DNA of 64,000 bases, taken from Halarcobacter sp. (lineage in GTDB: Bacteria; Campylobacterota; Campylobacteria; Campylobacterales; Arcobacteraceae). The notes below the pieces were generated by a model. That model had not been told where the DNA came from, did no database searches, and saw nothing but the letters and a program-made list of their open reading frames with translations. Location: positions 544,001 to 608,000 of the forward strand of contig OY781089.1 of NCBI GenBank assembly GCA_963676565.1, given 5' to 3'. The translations under genes were made by a program, and so were the position numbers. Positions within the stretch are counted from its first letter, which is position 1. Each line of letters begins with the position of its first letter. Shown in pieces: positions 10,135-19,378 of the stretch.

Positions 10135-11292
10135 ATGAAAAGATTAAATTTAGGTTTATCTTTTGTTGCAGCATTATCAATTTATAGTACTGCAAACGCT
10201 CAAAGTTTGGCTGATGCTTTGACAAATGGAAAAATAAGTGGTGAAGTTACAACTACTTATGAAAATAGAGATTTTGATATAGATTCTGGGACTTACTACA
10301 GAAGCAGCGCTTATTCTGTTGGCTCATTTGCATTAAAATATGAAACAAATATTTGGAATGATTTTGCATTAACTTCAAAATTTAGAGCTTATGCAACTCT
10401 ATTTGAAGATGATGATAATTCAAATACAGGAACTGGAAATGGAGATGCATCTGGAAGATTTTATGAAACTGGAACTAATAAAAATATTGATATTGAAGAA
10501 CTGTTTTTATCATATGAACCAAATGATAATTTTTCAATAAAAGCCGGTAGACAATTTATCTCATCATATTGGATAAATAAGACAAATGATGCAATTAAAA
10601 TTGATGCAAATATTGAAAATACTTCACTAGAAGCAATTTGGACACTAAGAAATGGTAGAGTTTATGGAAGGGATTATAGACCTGTAAGCAAAGTAAATAG
10701 TGATGATGGAGTTTTTCAAATAGCTTTAAATCATAAGTTTAATAATATATTTAGCCTTAGTGCCTATGATAGAATTGAACCAAATGTAAGAGATATTATG
10801 GGAGCAAAAGCTGATGCTAAATTAGGTGATTTTTCTTTTGGAATTCACTATGCTTCAAGTAAAGAGGATGATTCAACAATAAAAGATTCTAACTTAATTC
10901 ATTTAACTGCAAGCACTACAATATTAGGATTTACTCCATATGCTGGTTTTATTAAAGTAGATGAAGAGGCAGCTTTCCCAGGTTGGACAAGTAGTGGCGA
11001 GACAATTGATCCGATGGAAGAAGGGGATTATATATATGAAAAAGATGCTCAAACTTTATATTTAGGTGTTAATAAATCATTTGGAGAATTAAGTTCTACA
11101 TTATTATATGGACAAACTGACTATTTATCTGGAATTGATAAAAGAAAAGTAAAAGAAACAACATTATGGCTTGCTTATCCAATAACAAAAAAATTAAATG
11201 CAAACCTTGGTTTAACTAATGTAAATGAAGATGAAAATTCAACTGCTAGCAATTTAAATCAAATTAACTTTACATTATCATACTCTTTTTAA
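10135..11292 (+). CDS. Outer-membrane porin (OprD/Campylobacterota MOMP-like)
   Basis: Signal peptide, SLADALTNGK..G N-terminus, IKAGRQ motif, amphipathic strands, C-terminal Phe. Confidence 0.8.
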   Translation: MKRLNLGLSFVAALSIYSTANAQSLADALTNGKISGEVTTTYENRDFDIDSGTYYRSSAYSVGSFALKYETNIWNDFALTSKFRAYATLFEDDDNSNTGTGNGDASGRFYETGTNKNIDIEELFLSYEPNDNFSIKAGRQFISSYWINKTNDAIKIDANIENTSLEAIWTLRNGRVYGRDYRPVSKVNSDDGVFQIALNHKFNNIFSLSAYDRIEPNVRDIMGAKADAKLGDFSFGIHYASSKEDDSTIKDSNLIHLTASTTILGFTPYAGFIKVDEEAAFPGWTSSGETIDPMEEGDYIYEKDAQTLYLGVNKSFGELSSTLLYGQTDYLSGIDKRKVKETTLWLAYPITKKLNANLGLTNVNEDENSTASNLNQINFTLSYSF

Positions 11293-11294
11293 AT

Positions 11295-11321
11295 AAAAAA
11301 GCCCCTCTAAGAAAGGGGCTT
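11295..11321 (-). terminator. Intrinsic terminator, possibly bidirectional; stronger on the minus strand
   Basis: Stem AAGCCCCT/AGGGGCTT; the A6 run at 11295-11300 gives a U-tract on the minus strand. Confidence 0.8.
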
Positions 11322-11500
11322 AATGATTTAATTTTAATTATTTAATTTTTTTAATTTTAGATCTTTCGATCAACAAAAATTTATATACTAATATTATTAG
11401 CAATAAATTAACCTATAAACTAACTAATGTCCTATGTAACTATTTTAATTAACAGTTAAGGAGGGAGAGAGTCAATTTTATAACTACATATTCCATTAGA
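11295..11500 (-). ncRNA. Candidate structured small RNA with a C/U-rich anti-SD loop
   Basis: -10 TACAAT at 11512-11507; three-tier hairpin 11499-11424 with G-U pairs only on the minus strand; GAUC-GAAA-GAUC at 11371-11360; ends at the terminator. Confidence 0.6.
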
Positions 11501-11554
11501 AAATTTATTGTAGTAAATAAAAATCGCAAAAAAATCTATTTAAAAAAAATTTAT

Positions 11555-12625
11555 TTATTCTCCATAAGTTAATCCCATAATTTCACCTGTTTTATAAACT
11601 TCATCATCCCTTGTTACTGGTTTTAATTTTGGTGCCATATATTCTAAAGGAGTTGCTTGAAGTTTATTATTTACAATTGAAACTGTATTTCCATATCTTT
11701 CTGATTTTATAAGTTGCGCTGCATAAACACCAAATTTTGTTGCTAAAATTCTATCATAAGCAGAAGGTGCACCACCTCTTTGTTGGTGTCCTGGGACTGT
11801 AACTCTAGTTTCAAAACCAAGTTGATTAAGTTGTGCTGCTAATCTATATGATACTGTTTCATATGGCATTGAAGCACGATATTTTTTAAACTCTTTTCTA
11901 GTCATTAAAGACTCATCTTTACTAATTGCACCCTCTGCTACAACAATAATTGAGAAGTTTTTACCTTTTTGTCTTCTATTATTAAGTGCTTCTTGAACTT
12001 TCTCAAGGGTATATGGAATCTCTGGAATTAAAACAACATCTGCTCCACCAGCAAGTCCTGCATATAAAGTAAGCCATCCAGCTTTATTTCCCATAAGTTC
12101 AATAATCATAACTCTATCATGAGAATCTGCTGTAGTATGAATTCTATCAATAACTTCTGTTGCAATATCAACAGCACTATGGAAACCAAAAGTTACATCA
12201 GTCCCATAAATATCATTGTCAATTGTTTTAGGTAAACCTATAACATTTAAGCCCTCTTCCCTTAAAAGATTTGCATTTTTGTGGGTACCATTTCCACCTA
12301 AGGTAACTAAACAATCTAACTTTAACTTTTCATAGTTTTTTATCATGTTTGCAACTTTATCAACACCATCATCTTCAATTCTTTTCATATATTTAAAGGG
12401 GGTTCTTTGAGTTCCAAGCATAGTTCCACCCCTAGTTAAGATACCAGAAAAATCACTTGGTAATAGCTCTTTGTATTTATAATCTATTAATCCTTGATAG
12501 CCATTGTAAATCCCCACAAATTCACAATCAAAAAGTTCATATGAAGCTTTTGCTACACCTCTAATTGCGGCATTAAGTCCTGGACAATCTCCACCACTTG
12601 TTAATATTCCAATTCTTTTCTTCAT
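11555..12625 (-). CDS. pfkA: 6-phosphofructokinase (group III type, probably ATP-dependent)
   Basis: TSGGDCPGLNAAIR, GGNG, PKTIDND, ELMG and GHQQRGG motifs. Confidence 0.92.
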   Translation of the reverse strand: MKKRIGILTSGGDCPGLNAAIRGVAKASYELFDCEFVGIYNGYQGLIDYKYKELLPSDFSGILTRGGTMLGTQRTPFKYMKRIEDDGVDKVANMIKNYEKLKLDCLVTLGGNGTHKNANLLREEGLNVIGLPKTIDNDIYGTDVTFGFHSAVDIATEVIDRIHTTADSHDRVMIIELMGNKAGWLTLYAGLAGGADVVLIPEIPYTLEKVQEALNNRRQKGKNFSIIVVAEGAISKDESLMTRKEFKKYRASMPYETVSYRLAAQLNQLGFETRVTVPGHQQRGGAPSAYDRILATKFGVYAAQLIKSERYGNTVSIVNNKLQATPLEYMAPKLKPVTRDDEVYKTGEIMGLTYGE

Positions 12626-12724
12626 AGATTACCTTCATTTATGACTAGTGTCACATATAAATTATATTTTTAAAACAATTATACTCTTTATTAAATAATA
12701 TTCATTATTTATTATGTAAAAAAA

Positions 12725-13168
12725 CTATTTTATTGCTATATATATTTCAATGAAATCTTCTTTTGAATATTTTTCAAAATCAATTGTATATGCTCTTTCA
12801 TATTCGCTCTCTTTTTCAAAATATTCCCAAACATCTTTCCAACAATCAATAACAACCTCAGGTAATTCACCCTCTTTTGAGAAAACTAGATATTTCTGAT
12901 CTTTAATTACAATTGCATTTTTTGGTTTTGTTACTTCAACTGCAACGGTAACTGTATAATCTCCATTTACGTCAGATTCATAATCTGAATAAACTCCATA
13001 CATTGAAGATTTATTTGCTTTATTAAAAGTTTTGCCTAAAATATTTTTATCCTGATAATCATCCCAAAGTTTAGCTATTTTAGATTTCGCTGGATTCATT
13101 TCATCATTATTATTAGTTCTAACACCAAGGCCTGCAACCATTAATTTTTCTACATATTTAATTTTCAT
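12725..13168 (-). CDS. GyrI-like small-molecule/effector-binding protein
   Basis: YGVYSDYESD and RAYTIDFEKY..IEIYI motifs. Confidence 0.8.
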   Translation of the reverse strand: MKIKYVEKLMVAGLGVRTNNNDEMNPAKSKIAKLWDDYQDKNILGKTFNKANKSSMYGVYSDYESDVNGDYTVTVAVEVTKPKNAIVIKDQKYLVFSKEGELPEVVIDCWKDVWEYFEKESEYERAYTIDFEKYSKEDFIEIYIAIK

Positions 13169-13175
13169 TTTTTTC

Positions 13176-13856
13176 CTATTTATTTAATTTGTACCCTGCC
13201 CCATAAATATTTTCAATGGAGTCTTTTGGGATTTTTTTTCTAAGACGCTTTATTAAATCTTTTAATTTTGTGGCACTTGTTTCACAATCTTCAAATTGAT
13301 TCCAAAGATAATCATAAATTTCATCAGAACTAAATACTCTATCTTTTTTTGATGTTAAAAGTTCAAGAAACAAGGTTTCATGTTTTGTAAGTTTAATCTC
13401 TTCATCATTGAAAATCAATTTTTTAGAATCTCTATTAAAAACATATCCATCTTTTAAAAAGAAATTTGAAGATTCGTCATTTAACTCTTTATATTGAATA
13501 ACTGCTTCATTTAATGCCTCTTTTAATTTAATTCTAGAGATTGGTTTTGGAAGATATTTTGTTAAATTTAACTCCGCTGCAAAAAGTAATTTATCTTGTT
13601 CTAAATGGGCAGTTAAAATTATTATTCTTGTTTTCTTATCATTTTGTCTAATTTTTTTAGTTAATTCAAGACCATTTATAAAAGGCATATTAATATCCAA
13701 AAGCATAATGTTTGGTTTAAATTCTTCATAATACTCTAAGGCTTCTTCCCCATTTTGAGCGATATAAACCTCTTTGAAATTTCTTTTTAAATAGTTTCCA
13801 TAGTTTTTTCTTGTTTCTATTTCATCTTCAGCATAAAGAATTGTTAAATTATTCAT
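13176..13856 (-). CDS. OmpR-family response regulator
   Basis: Receiver domain plus winged helix ending GAGYKL. Confidence 0.9.
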   Translation of the reverse strand: MNNLTILYAEDEIETRKNYGNYLKRNFKEVYIAQNGEEALEYYEEFKPNIMLLDINMPFINGLELTKKIRQNDKKTRIIILTAHLEQDKLLFAAELNLTKYLPKPISRIKLKEALNEAVIQYKELNDESSNFFLKDGYVFNRDSKKLIFNDEEIKLTKHETLFLELLTSKKDRVFSSDEIYDYLWNQFEDCETSATKLKDLIKRLRKKIPKDSIENIYGAGYKLNK

Positions 13857-14706
13857 TATCTTTCCTTGCTAACAAAATTGAAAACTTAGCACCTTTTTTT
13901 TCATTTCTTACATCCAATTTACCATGCATCGATTTTTCAACTATCATTTTTGCCATGCAAAGACCATGACCTGTTCCTTGTGAATGGGGTTTAGTTGTAA
14001 AATATGGATCAAAAATCTTGTGAAAAAACTCCTTGGGTATCCCTCCACCATTATCACTTATTTCTAAAACTGCCTTTGAATCTTTTGTTTTAATCAGTAT
14101 GTTTATTTTAGGAGATTTTATTTGATTATCTACTAATACATCTTTTGCATTATTTAAAATCACTAAAAGTGCTTGAACAAACTCTTTTTTCACTCCAAAA
14201 ACTTTTGAGTCTTCTACAATTTCAAATTTACACTCTATTTGTTTTGATTCTAAAAGTTTATAAACTAAAGCAAAGGCATTATCAAAGGCATCTTTCATTG
14301 AAAAAATTTCTTTATCTTCATTTGGTTGAAGATAGTTATTAAAACTTTCAATTGTATCACTCATATAAAAAGTTAATTTTTCAATCTCATTTAGATGCTC
14401 TTCCAGTTTTTTAGCATCTAATTTCTTCTCTTCAAAGTCTGCTTCTATATTAAGTACCACAGAATTTATTTGAGATAATGGTTGTTTCCACTGATGAGCA
14501 ATATGAGCTAAGGTTTCACCAACTGCAGCAAGTTTAGATTGGGCAACTAAAAGTTTATCCTTTTCCCTTAACTCCTGAAGTTGTTTATTAACCTCTTTTT
14601 CAAGTTTTTGATTATAATTTAATTTTGAAACTGCATAAACTAAAACAAAAACAAATAGTAAAAAAAATAAAATATACTGTTCATTGTTTGTTAATAGTTC
14701 TAGCAT
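13849..14706 (-). CDS. Short histidine kinase with one TM and no evident sensor domain
   Basis: IAHQWKQPL H-box, DNGGG, GTGHGL. Confidence 0.88.
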   Translation of the reverse strand: MLELLTNNEQYILFFLLFVFVLVYAVSKLNYNQKLEKEVNKQLQELREKDKLLVAQSKLAAVGETLAHIAHQWKQPLSQINSVVLNIEADFEEKKLDAKKLEEHLNEIEKLTFYMSDTIESFNNYLQPNEDKEIFSMKDAFDNAFALVYKLLESKQIECKFEIVEDSKVFGVKKEFVQALLVILNNAKDVLVDNQIKSPKINILIKTKDSKAVLEISDNGGGIPKEFFHKIFDPYFTTKPHSQGTGHGLCMAKMIVEKSMHGKLDVRNEKKGAKFSILLARKDNE

Positions 14707-14707
14707 C

Positions 14708-15286
14708 TTATTTATTTGTTAAAGTTTTTAGTGCCTCAACAATTGTTTGAGACTCTAAAGTTTTAATTTTTTCCTCTAAAGAGTTTACTGTCTCATTCTC
14801 ATCAAGTTTTATACTTTTTTGTAAAATAAATTTTCCCTCATCATAATTCTCATTTACAAAATGAATAGTACAACCTGATTCTTTTTCTTTTGCACTGATA
14901 ACCGCCTCATGAACAAAGGTACCATACATCCCTTTACCCCCAAATTTTGGCAAAAGTGCTGGATGTGAGTTTATAATTTTATTTTCAAATGTGGTTACTA
15001 AATTTTTCTCAATTTTTTTCATGTAGCCAGATAAAAATATATAGTCTACTTTAAACTCTTTCATTAGATTTGTTATTTTTACGTCTAAGTTTTCTGTAGG
15101 AAATCTGTTAGCATTTATTATAAAATTTGGCACATCTTTTTTACAAGCTTTTTCTATAACCTTTGCATTTGAGTTATTTGATATTACTAATACTACTTGC
15201 GCATCTAAGATTTTTTCTTCACAAGCTTTTTGTATAGTATCAAAACCGCTTCCATTATGAGATGATAATATCCCAATTCTTTTCAT
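14708..15286 (-). CDS. purN: Phosphoribosylglycinamide formyltransferase
   Basis: SHNGS, LSGYM, INSHPALLPKFGG and GCTIHFV..YDEG motifs. Confidence 0.9.
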   Translation of the reverse strand: MKRIGILSSHNGSGFDTIQKACEEKILDAQVVLVISNNSNAKVIEKACKKDVPNFIINANRFPTENLDVKITNLMKEFKVDYIFLSGYMKKIEKNLVTTFENKIINSHPALLPKFGGKGMYGTFVHEAVISAKEKESGCTIHFVNENYDEGKFILQKSIKLDENETVNSLEEKIKTLESQTIVEALKTLTNK

Positions 15287-15379
15287 TGCATATCCTAAGT
15301 TTGTTTCTTTGTTTGGTCGAATTATAATAGAATTTAAATAAATTTCAAAAGATAATTTAATTAAGTTAATATTCTACTT

Positions 15380-16612
15380 TTATGGAATCCTTAAAACAGC
15401 AGCATTACATAAATCATCACTTTCAAATTTTGTGATATCTCCTGCTTTTAAATTAGGTACTGGAAAAACTCTAACTGTTAATGGTTTATTTAATTTAAAA
15501 GCCATCATTCCAGTATCTCTACAAATATCTGCTATTTTTTCAATTGAAGAATCACCCTCAATAGGAACTGTATCAAGTCCAATTCCACAAACAGATGAAT
15601 AAGTTAGAAGTGATCTTATATCAAATTGATTTTTCTTTGTAGCCTCGGCTAAACCTTCATCTTCAATAACTGCTAACATCAAACCAGAAAAGCCTATTAA
15701 TTCACACCCTTGTATTGATTTAAATACTTTAGTTAACATAGCTGATGCCTCTATACATCCTGCTGCACCAAAATATTCAACTCCTAAAAGTTTATAAACA
15801 TCAACCATAGAACTACAATTTTTAGAAGGAGCAGCTGAACTATCTATTCCTATAAATTTAGTTTTATTTTCATGTTGACAATTTTGCACAATTTTTAAAG
15901 CATTATCCACATGGTATTGTAAAGAGTTTTTCATCACATCAAAGGCTTTTTCCCATTTTTTATTATGATCTTCATTTTCATCTAAAGTTTTTAAAGCTTC
16001 AACTAATAAATCAGGGGATTCAAAACCTATAGCAAAACAGTCTTCATCACTACTATTATGATAAGAAGCTGGAAAATAAGGAATATGTGATTTACAGTTA
16101 TAGTTTATAGTAAAATTAAAATTCCCCTCGGCGTTTGTTGTTATTTCTGAAATCTCTTTTACTACTTTTGCACACTTTAAAGTTAAATTATTATCTGGGA
16201 ATCCTAGATTATCAGTTGGAACATTTACACAAATATTGCAAATATCTCCAAATGATTTAATCAATTGAGGAACCATTTCAATCTCTTTTTCACTTTTTGC
16301 TTCACCTATTGCAAACCTAATTCTTATATCTGGAAAAGAGTCACTATTAAGAAGTTTAGATAAATAATTCATATCTTCAATTGTAGTTTCTAAACTTGTT
16401 GTATTTAAATATTCTCCAAAGGCATTGGTTACAATTCTAACACTTTGAACCTCATATCCATTAGAAACAAAGTCATTTAATAACTCTTTACTAAATAAAG
16501 CTACTTTTTTTATAGTATCTTCCCATGTTTTTTTATCTTTTGACAAAGTTATAAACGAAGTTATGGTTCTTATTTTACATAAATCTTTATTTTTTAAATT
16601 TTCATTAATCAT
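15380..16612 (-). CDS. DUF711-family protein
   Basis: KIRTITSF, GIDSS.AP, GFSGLMLAVIED and YSSVCGIGLDTVP motifs. Confidence 0.75.
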   Translation of the reverse strand: MINENLKNKDLCKIRTITSFITLSKDKKTWEDTIKKVALFSKELLNDFVSNGYEVQSVRIVTNAFGEYLNTTSLETTIEDMNYLSKLLNSDSFPDIRIRFAIGEAKSEKEIEMVPQLIKSFGDICNICVNVPTDNLGFPDNNLTLKCAKVVKEISEITTNAEGNFNFTINYNCKSHIPYFPASYHNSSDEDCFAIGFESPDLLVEALKTLDENEDHNKKWEKAFDVMKNSLQYHVDNALKIVQNCQHENKTKFIGIDSSAAPSKNCSSMVDVYKLLGVEYFGAAGCIEASAMLTKVFKSIQGCELIGFSGLMLAVIEDEGLAEATKKNQFDIRSLLTYSSVCGIGLDTVPIEGDSSIEKIADICRDTGMMAFKLNKPLTVRVFPVPNLKAGDITKFESDDLCNAAVLRIP

Positions 16613-16614
16613 TT

Positions 16615-17085
16615 TTAACCTTTAATTCTTTGAGAGTGAGTAAGTGCTATTGCTATTGCATCTGTAATATCAAGTGGTTTTATCTCTTTTTTTATTCCAA
16701 GTAATCTTTTCACCATAAATGCAACCTGCTCTTTTTGTGCTTTTCCATTTCCTGTTACTGCTTGTTTTACCTGTAAAGGTGTATATTCTGCAAAATTTCC
16801 AAACTCTTGCAAAACTTTTAATGAAATTGCCCCTCTAAATTGGGCTAATTTTATTACTGTTTTTGGGTTAAAGGCATAAAACATATCTTCTATCGCAACT
16901 TCATCTAAATCATATTTTCTAAATATCATCTCTAAACCTTCACACATTTCAACAATTTGTTCTTGAAGGATTTTTGTTTTTATTTTCACAAGACCTGCTT
17001 CAAGTAATTTTATTTCTCTACCGTTTTTTTCAATTACTGCATATCCACAATTTCTTGTTCCAGGATCAATTCCTAAGATTTTCAC
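16615..17085 (-). CDS. ruvC: Holliday junction resolvase
   Basis: [22 protein letters not shown] and DITDAIAIA; probable GTG start at 17085 (ORF track extends to 17112). Confidence 0.95.
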   Translation of the reverse strand: MKILGIDPGTRNCGYAVIEKNGREIKLLEAGLVKIKTKILQEQIVEMCEGLEMIFRKYDLDEVAIEDMFYAFNPKTVIKLAQFRGAISLKVLQEFGNFAEYTPLQVKQAVTGNGKAQKEQVAFMVKRLLGIKKEIKPLDITDAIAIALTHSQRIKG

Positions 17086-17185
17086 TTTTTTCACATTTTC
17101 CTTTTTTTTCATTTCACATATAAAATGTACTTAATAATGGTATTAATTCCATAAATTTTCACTTAAAGAGAAAAAGTTATTCACA
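17079..17185. promoter_or_regulatory. oriC1-like cluster of co-oriented DnaA boxes
   Basis: TTTTCAC (17079), TTTTTCACA (17087), CATTTCACA (17110), ATTTTCACT (17155), TTATTCACA (17177), all in the same orientation upstream of ruvC. Confidence 0.7.
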
Positions 17186-17376
17186 TAACAATAATATATA
17201 GAAAAAAATATATAAACAATAAAATTACATAGATAAATATAAGTAAATAATTATAAATCATATAATAAAATAAAAAAATAAATGATTTATAGATAATTTT
17301 TATTTTTATTTAAGTTAAGTAAGGCAATAATAATGTAAGTAATTTAATTACTTAATTTTTTTATAAGGAAAGCGGA

Positions 17377-17616
17377 ATGTTAGGATCTTTATTAGGTGGT
17401 TTATTAACTCCTGTGATCGGTTTAGTAGGTGGATTAATCTCAACTGTTGTTGATTTAGTTGGTGGATTAGTTGGTACAGTTGTAGGACTAGTTGGTGGTC
17501 TTTTAGGTGCTGTTACTGGTATCGTATCTGACGTAGTTGACTCTATTAGCATTGACGTTGATGCAGACGTAAATGTAGACGTTAACGGTGTTGACGATTG
17601 CGGAACTTGCTGCTAA
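17377..17616 (+). CDS. 79-aa Gly/Val/Leu-rich 11-residue-repeat peptide with acidic tail and terminal CGTCC; probable T1SS substrate
   Basis: AAGGA RBS at 17365; GG at residues 7, 18, 29 and 40; downstream hairpin; first gene of the T1SS cassette. Confidence 0.8.
   Translation: MLGSLLGGLLTPVIGLVGGLISTVVDLVGGLVGTVVGLVGGLLGAVTGIVSDVVDSISIDVDADVNVDVNGVDDCGTCC
17389..17520 (+). repeat. Four degenerate 33-bp tandem repeats encoding the 11-aa units
   Basis: Units start at 17389 TTATTAGGTGGT, 17422 TTAGTAGGTGGA, 17455 TTAGTTGGTGGA, 17488 CTAGTTGGTGGT. Confidence 0.85.
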
Positions 17617-17621
17617 TTATT

Positions 17622-17647
17622 TGTAAGTAGGTTTTAACCTACTTACA
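17622..17647 (+). terminator. Perfect hairpin without U-tract (partial terminator or mRNA stabiliser)
   Basis: TGTAAGTAGG-TTTTAA-CCTACTTACA, 5 nt after the peptide stop codon. Confidence 0.65.
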
Positions 17648-17677
17648 TCTCACTTAACTCTCTAATTAAGGTTTTCT

Positions 17678-19378
17678 TTGTCTTCAGAACACAAATTTTC
17701 AGAATTGAAATCTACACTTAAAAAAAATAAAAAAACGTTTTTAATTGTGGGTTTATTTAGCTTTTTAACTAACATTTTAATGTTAGTACCGCCTATTTAC
17801 ATGTTACAAATCTATGACAGAGTTATAAAAAGTAATAACGAAAACACACTTTTTGTACTTACTTTTATGATAGTTATCCTATTTATTACAATGGCACTAC
17901 TTGAGATAGTTCGTTCTCAAATACTTATAAAAATTGGTAGTAGTATAGATAATGCAATAAGTAATAGAATTTTTGATTCACTATTTCAACTAGAGCTTAT
18001 TGATCCCAAAAGTGCCAATTCATCATATTTAGATTATTTAACTAGAATAAGACAATTTATGACAGGGAAAAGTATTTTTGCTGTTTTTGATGCACCTTGG
18101 ATTACTATTTATGTGATTATTCTATTTCTTTTTCACACTGCCTTTGGAGTTTTTGCAATTATCGTGATACTTATACTATTAGTTGTAACTGTAATGAATG
18201 AAGTTGCAACATCACAAAATTTAAATGAAGCAAGTAAAAATAATATTGCATCAAATATATATATTGATGCCTCTTTAAAAAATGCAGCAGTTATTAATTC
18301 TATGGGGATGAGGGAAAATATAAGAAAAATATGGCATAAAAAATATTATGGTTTTTTAAACTTACAAAATGATGCAAGTTATAGTGCTAGTATTTGGATT
18401 AATATCTCTAAAAGTATTAGACTTATGGCCCAATCCCTTACCCTTGGTATTGGTGCTTATCTAGCAATTGGATATGAAGTTACACCAGGGACTATGATTG
18501 CAGCTTCGATAATAATGAGTAGAGCCCTATCTCCAATCGATTTAATAATTTCTGGATGGAAAGGTTTTATTGCTTACAGAACAAGTCATAAAAGAATTGA
18601 TGAATTATTAAATAAATTTCCAAAAAAAAAGAAAACTATATCTTTAAAAATTACAAATGCAGAACTTGTACTTGAAAATATAGTTGTAACTCCCCCTATG
18701 ACAAAAAATGAAACAATAAAAGGTATCTCTTTAAAAATAAAGTCTGGTAATGTTGTAGCTGTAATAGGAAAAAGTGGTGCAGGAAAATCAACTTTAATAA
18801 AAGGTATTTTAAATATTTGGCCTCTATCTGGGGGAAAAGTTAAAATCGATGGTGTTGATGTTTCAATGTTTGATAAAGTACAAATAGGTCCTCAAATTGG
18901 TTATCTTCCTCAAGACATTGAACTATTTGAAGGAACAATTAGTGAAAATATCTGTAGATTTCAAGAGCTAGATTCAGAAAAAATTGTTTCAGCTGCAAAA
19001 AAAGCTGGCGTACACGATTTAATATTGAAATTTCCTAAAGGTTATGAAACAAAGATTACTAATTCAGGGGATAGTTTATCTGGTGGACAAAAACAAAGAA
19101 TTGGCTTAGCAAGAGCAATTTATGATAATCCAAGTCTTGTGATACTAGATGAACCTAATTCAAACCTTGATAAAGAGGGTGAACAAGCTTTATTAAACAG
19201 TATAAAAAGTTTAAAAGAGAATAACACAACGGTGATAATAATTACCCATAAAGATAATATCTTAGATATTACAGATAAAGTTCTTTTGATTGAAAATGGT
19301 TTATTAAAAGATTATGGTAATACCCAAGAAGTTCTTAATAAAAATCAATTTTTTAAAGTAGACAATGATAATGTATAA
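17678..19378 (+). CDS. Type I secretion ABC permease/ATPase, PrtD/AprD type (no C39 peptidase domain)
   Basis: NILMLVPPIYMLQIYDRV, FDAPW, Walker A GKSGAGKS, LSGGQKQR, LDEPNSNLD; TTG start. Confidence 0.92.
   Translation: MSSEHKFSELKSTLKKNKKTFLIVGLFSFLTNILMLVPPIYMLQIYDRVIKSNNENTLFVLTFMIVILFITMALLEIVRSQILIKIGSSIDNAISNRIFDSLFQLELIDPKSANSSYLDYLTRIRQFMTGKSIFAVFDAPWITIYVIILFLFHTAFGVFAIIVILILLVVTVMNEVATSQNLNEASKNNIASNIYIDASLKNAAVINSMGMRENIRKIWHKKYYGFLNLQNDASYSASIWINISKSIRLMAQSLTLGIGAYLAIGYEVTPGTMIAASIIMSRALSPIDLIISGWKGFIAYRTSHKRIDELLNKFPKKKKTISLKITNAELVLENIVVTPPMTKNETIKGISLKIKSGNVVAVIGKSGAGKSTLIKGILNIWPLSGGKVKIDGVDVSMFDKVQIGPQIGYLPQDIELFEGTISENICRFQELDSEKIVSAAKKAGVHDLILKFPKGYETKITNSGDSLSGGQKQRIGLARAIYDNPSLVILDEPNSNLDKEGEQALLNSIKSLKENNTTVIIITHKDNILDITDKVLLIENGLLKDYGNTQEVLNKNQFFKVDNDNV

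Noticed and set aside
17361..17552. 63-aa Pro/Thr-rich minus-strand ORF
   Set aside because: Antisense shadow of the Gly/Val repeat peptide; the plus ORF has the RBS, hairpin and operon context
17377..17616. Reading the GG pairs as a double-glycine bacteriocin leader or as RTX repeats
   Set aside because: GG recurs every 11 residues rather than ending a leader, the ABC lacks a C39 domain, and there is no GGxGxD nonapeptide
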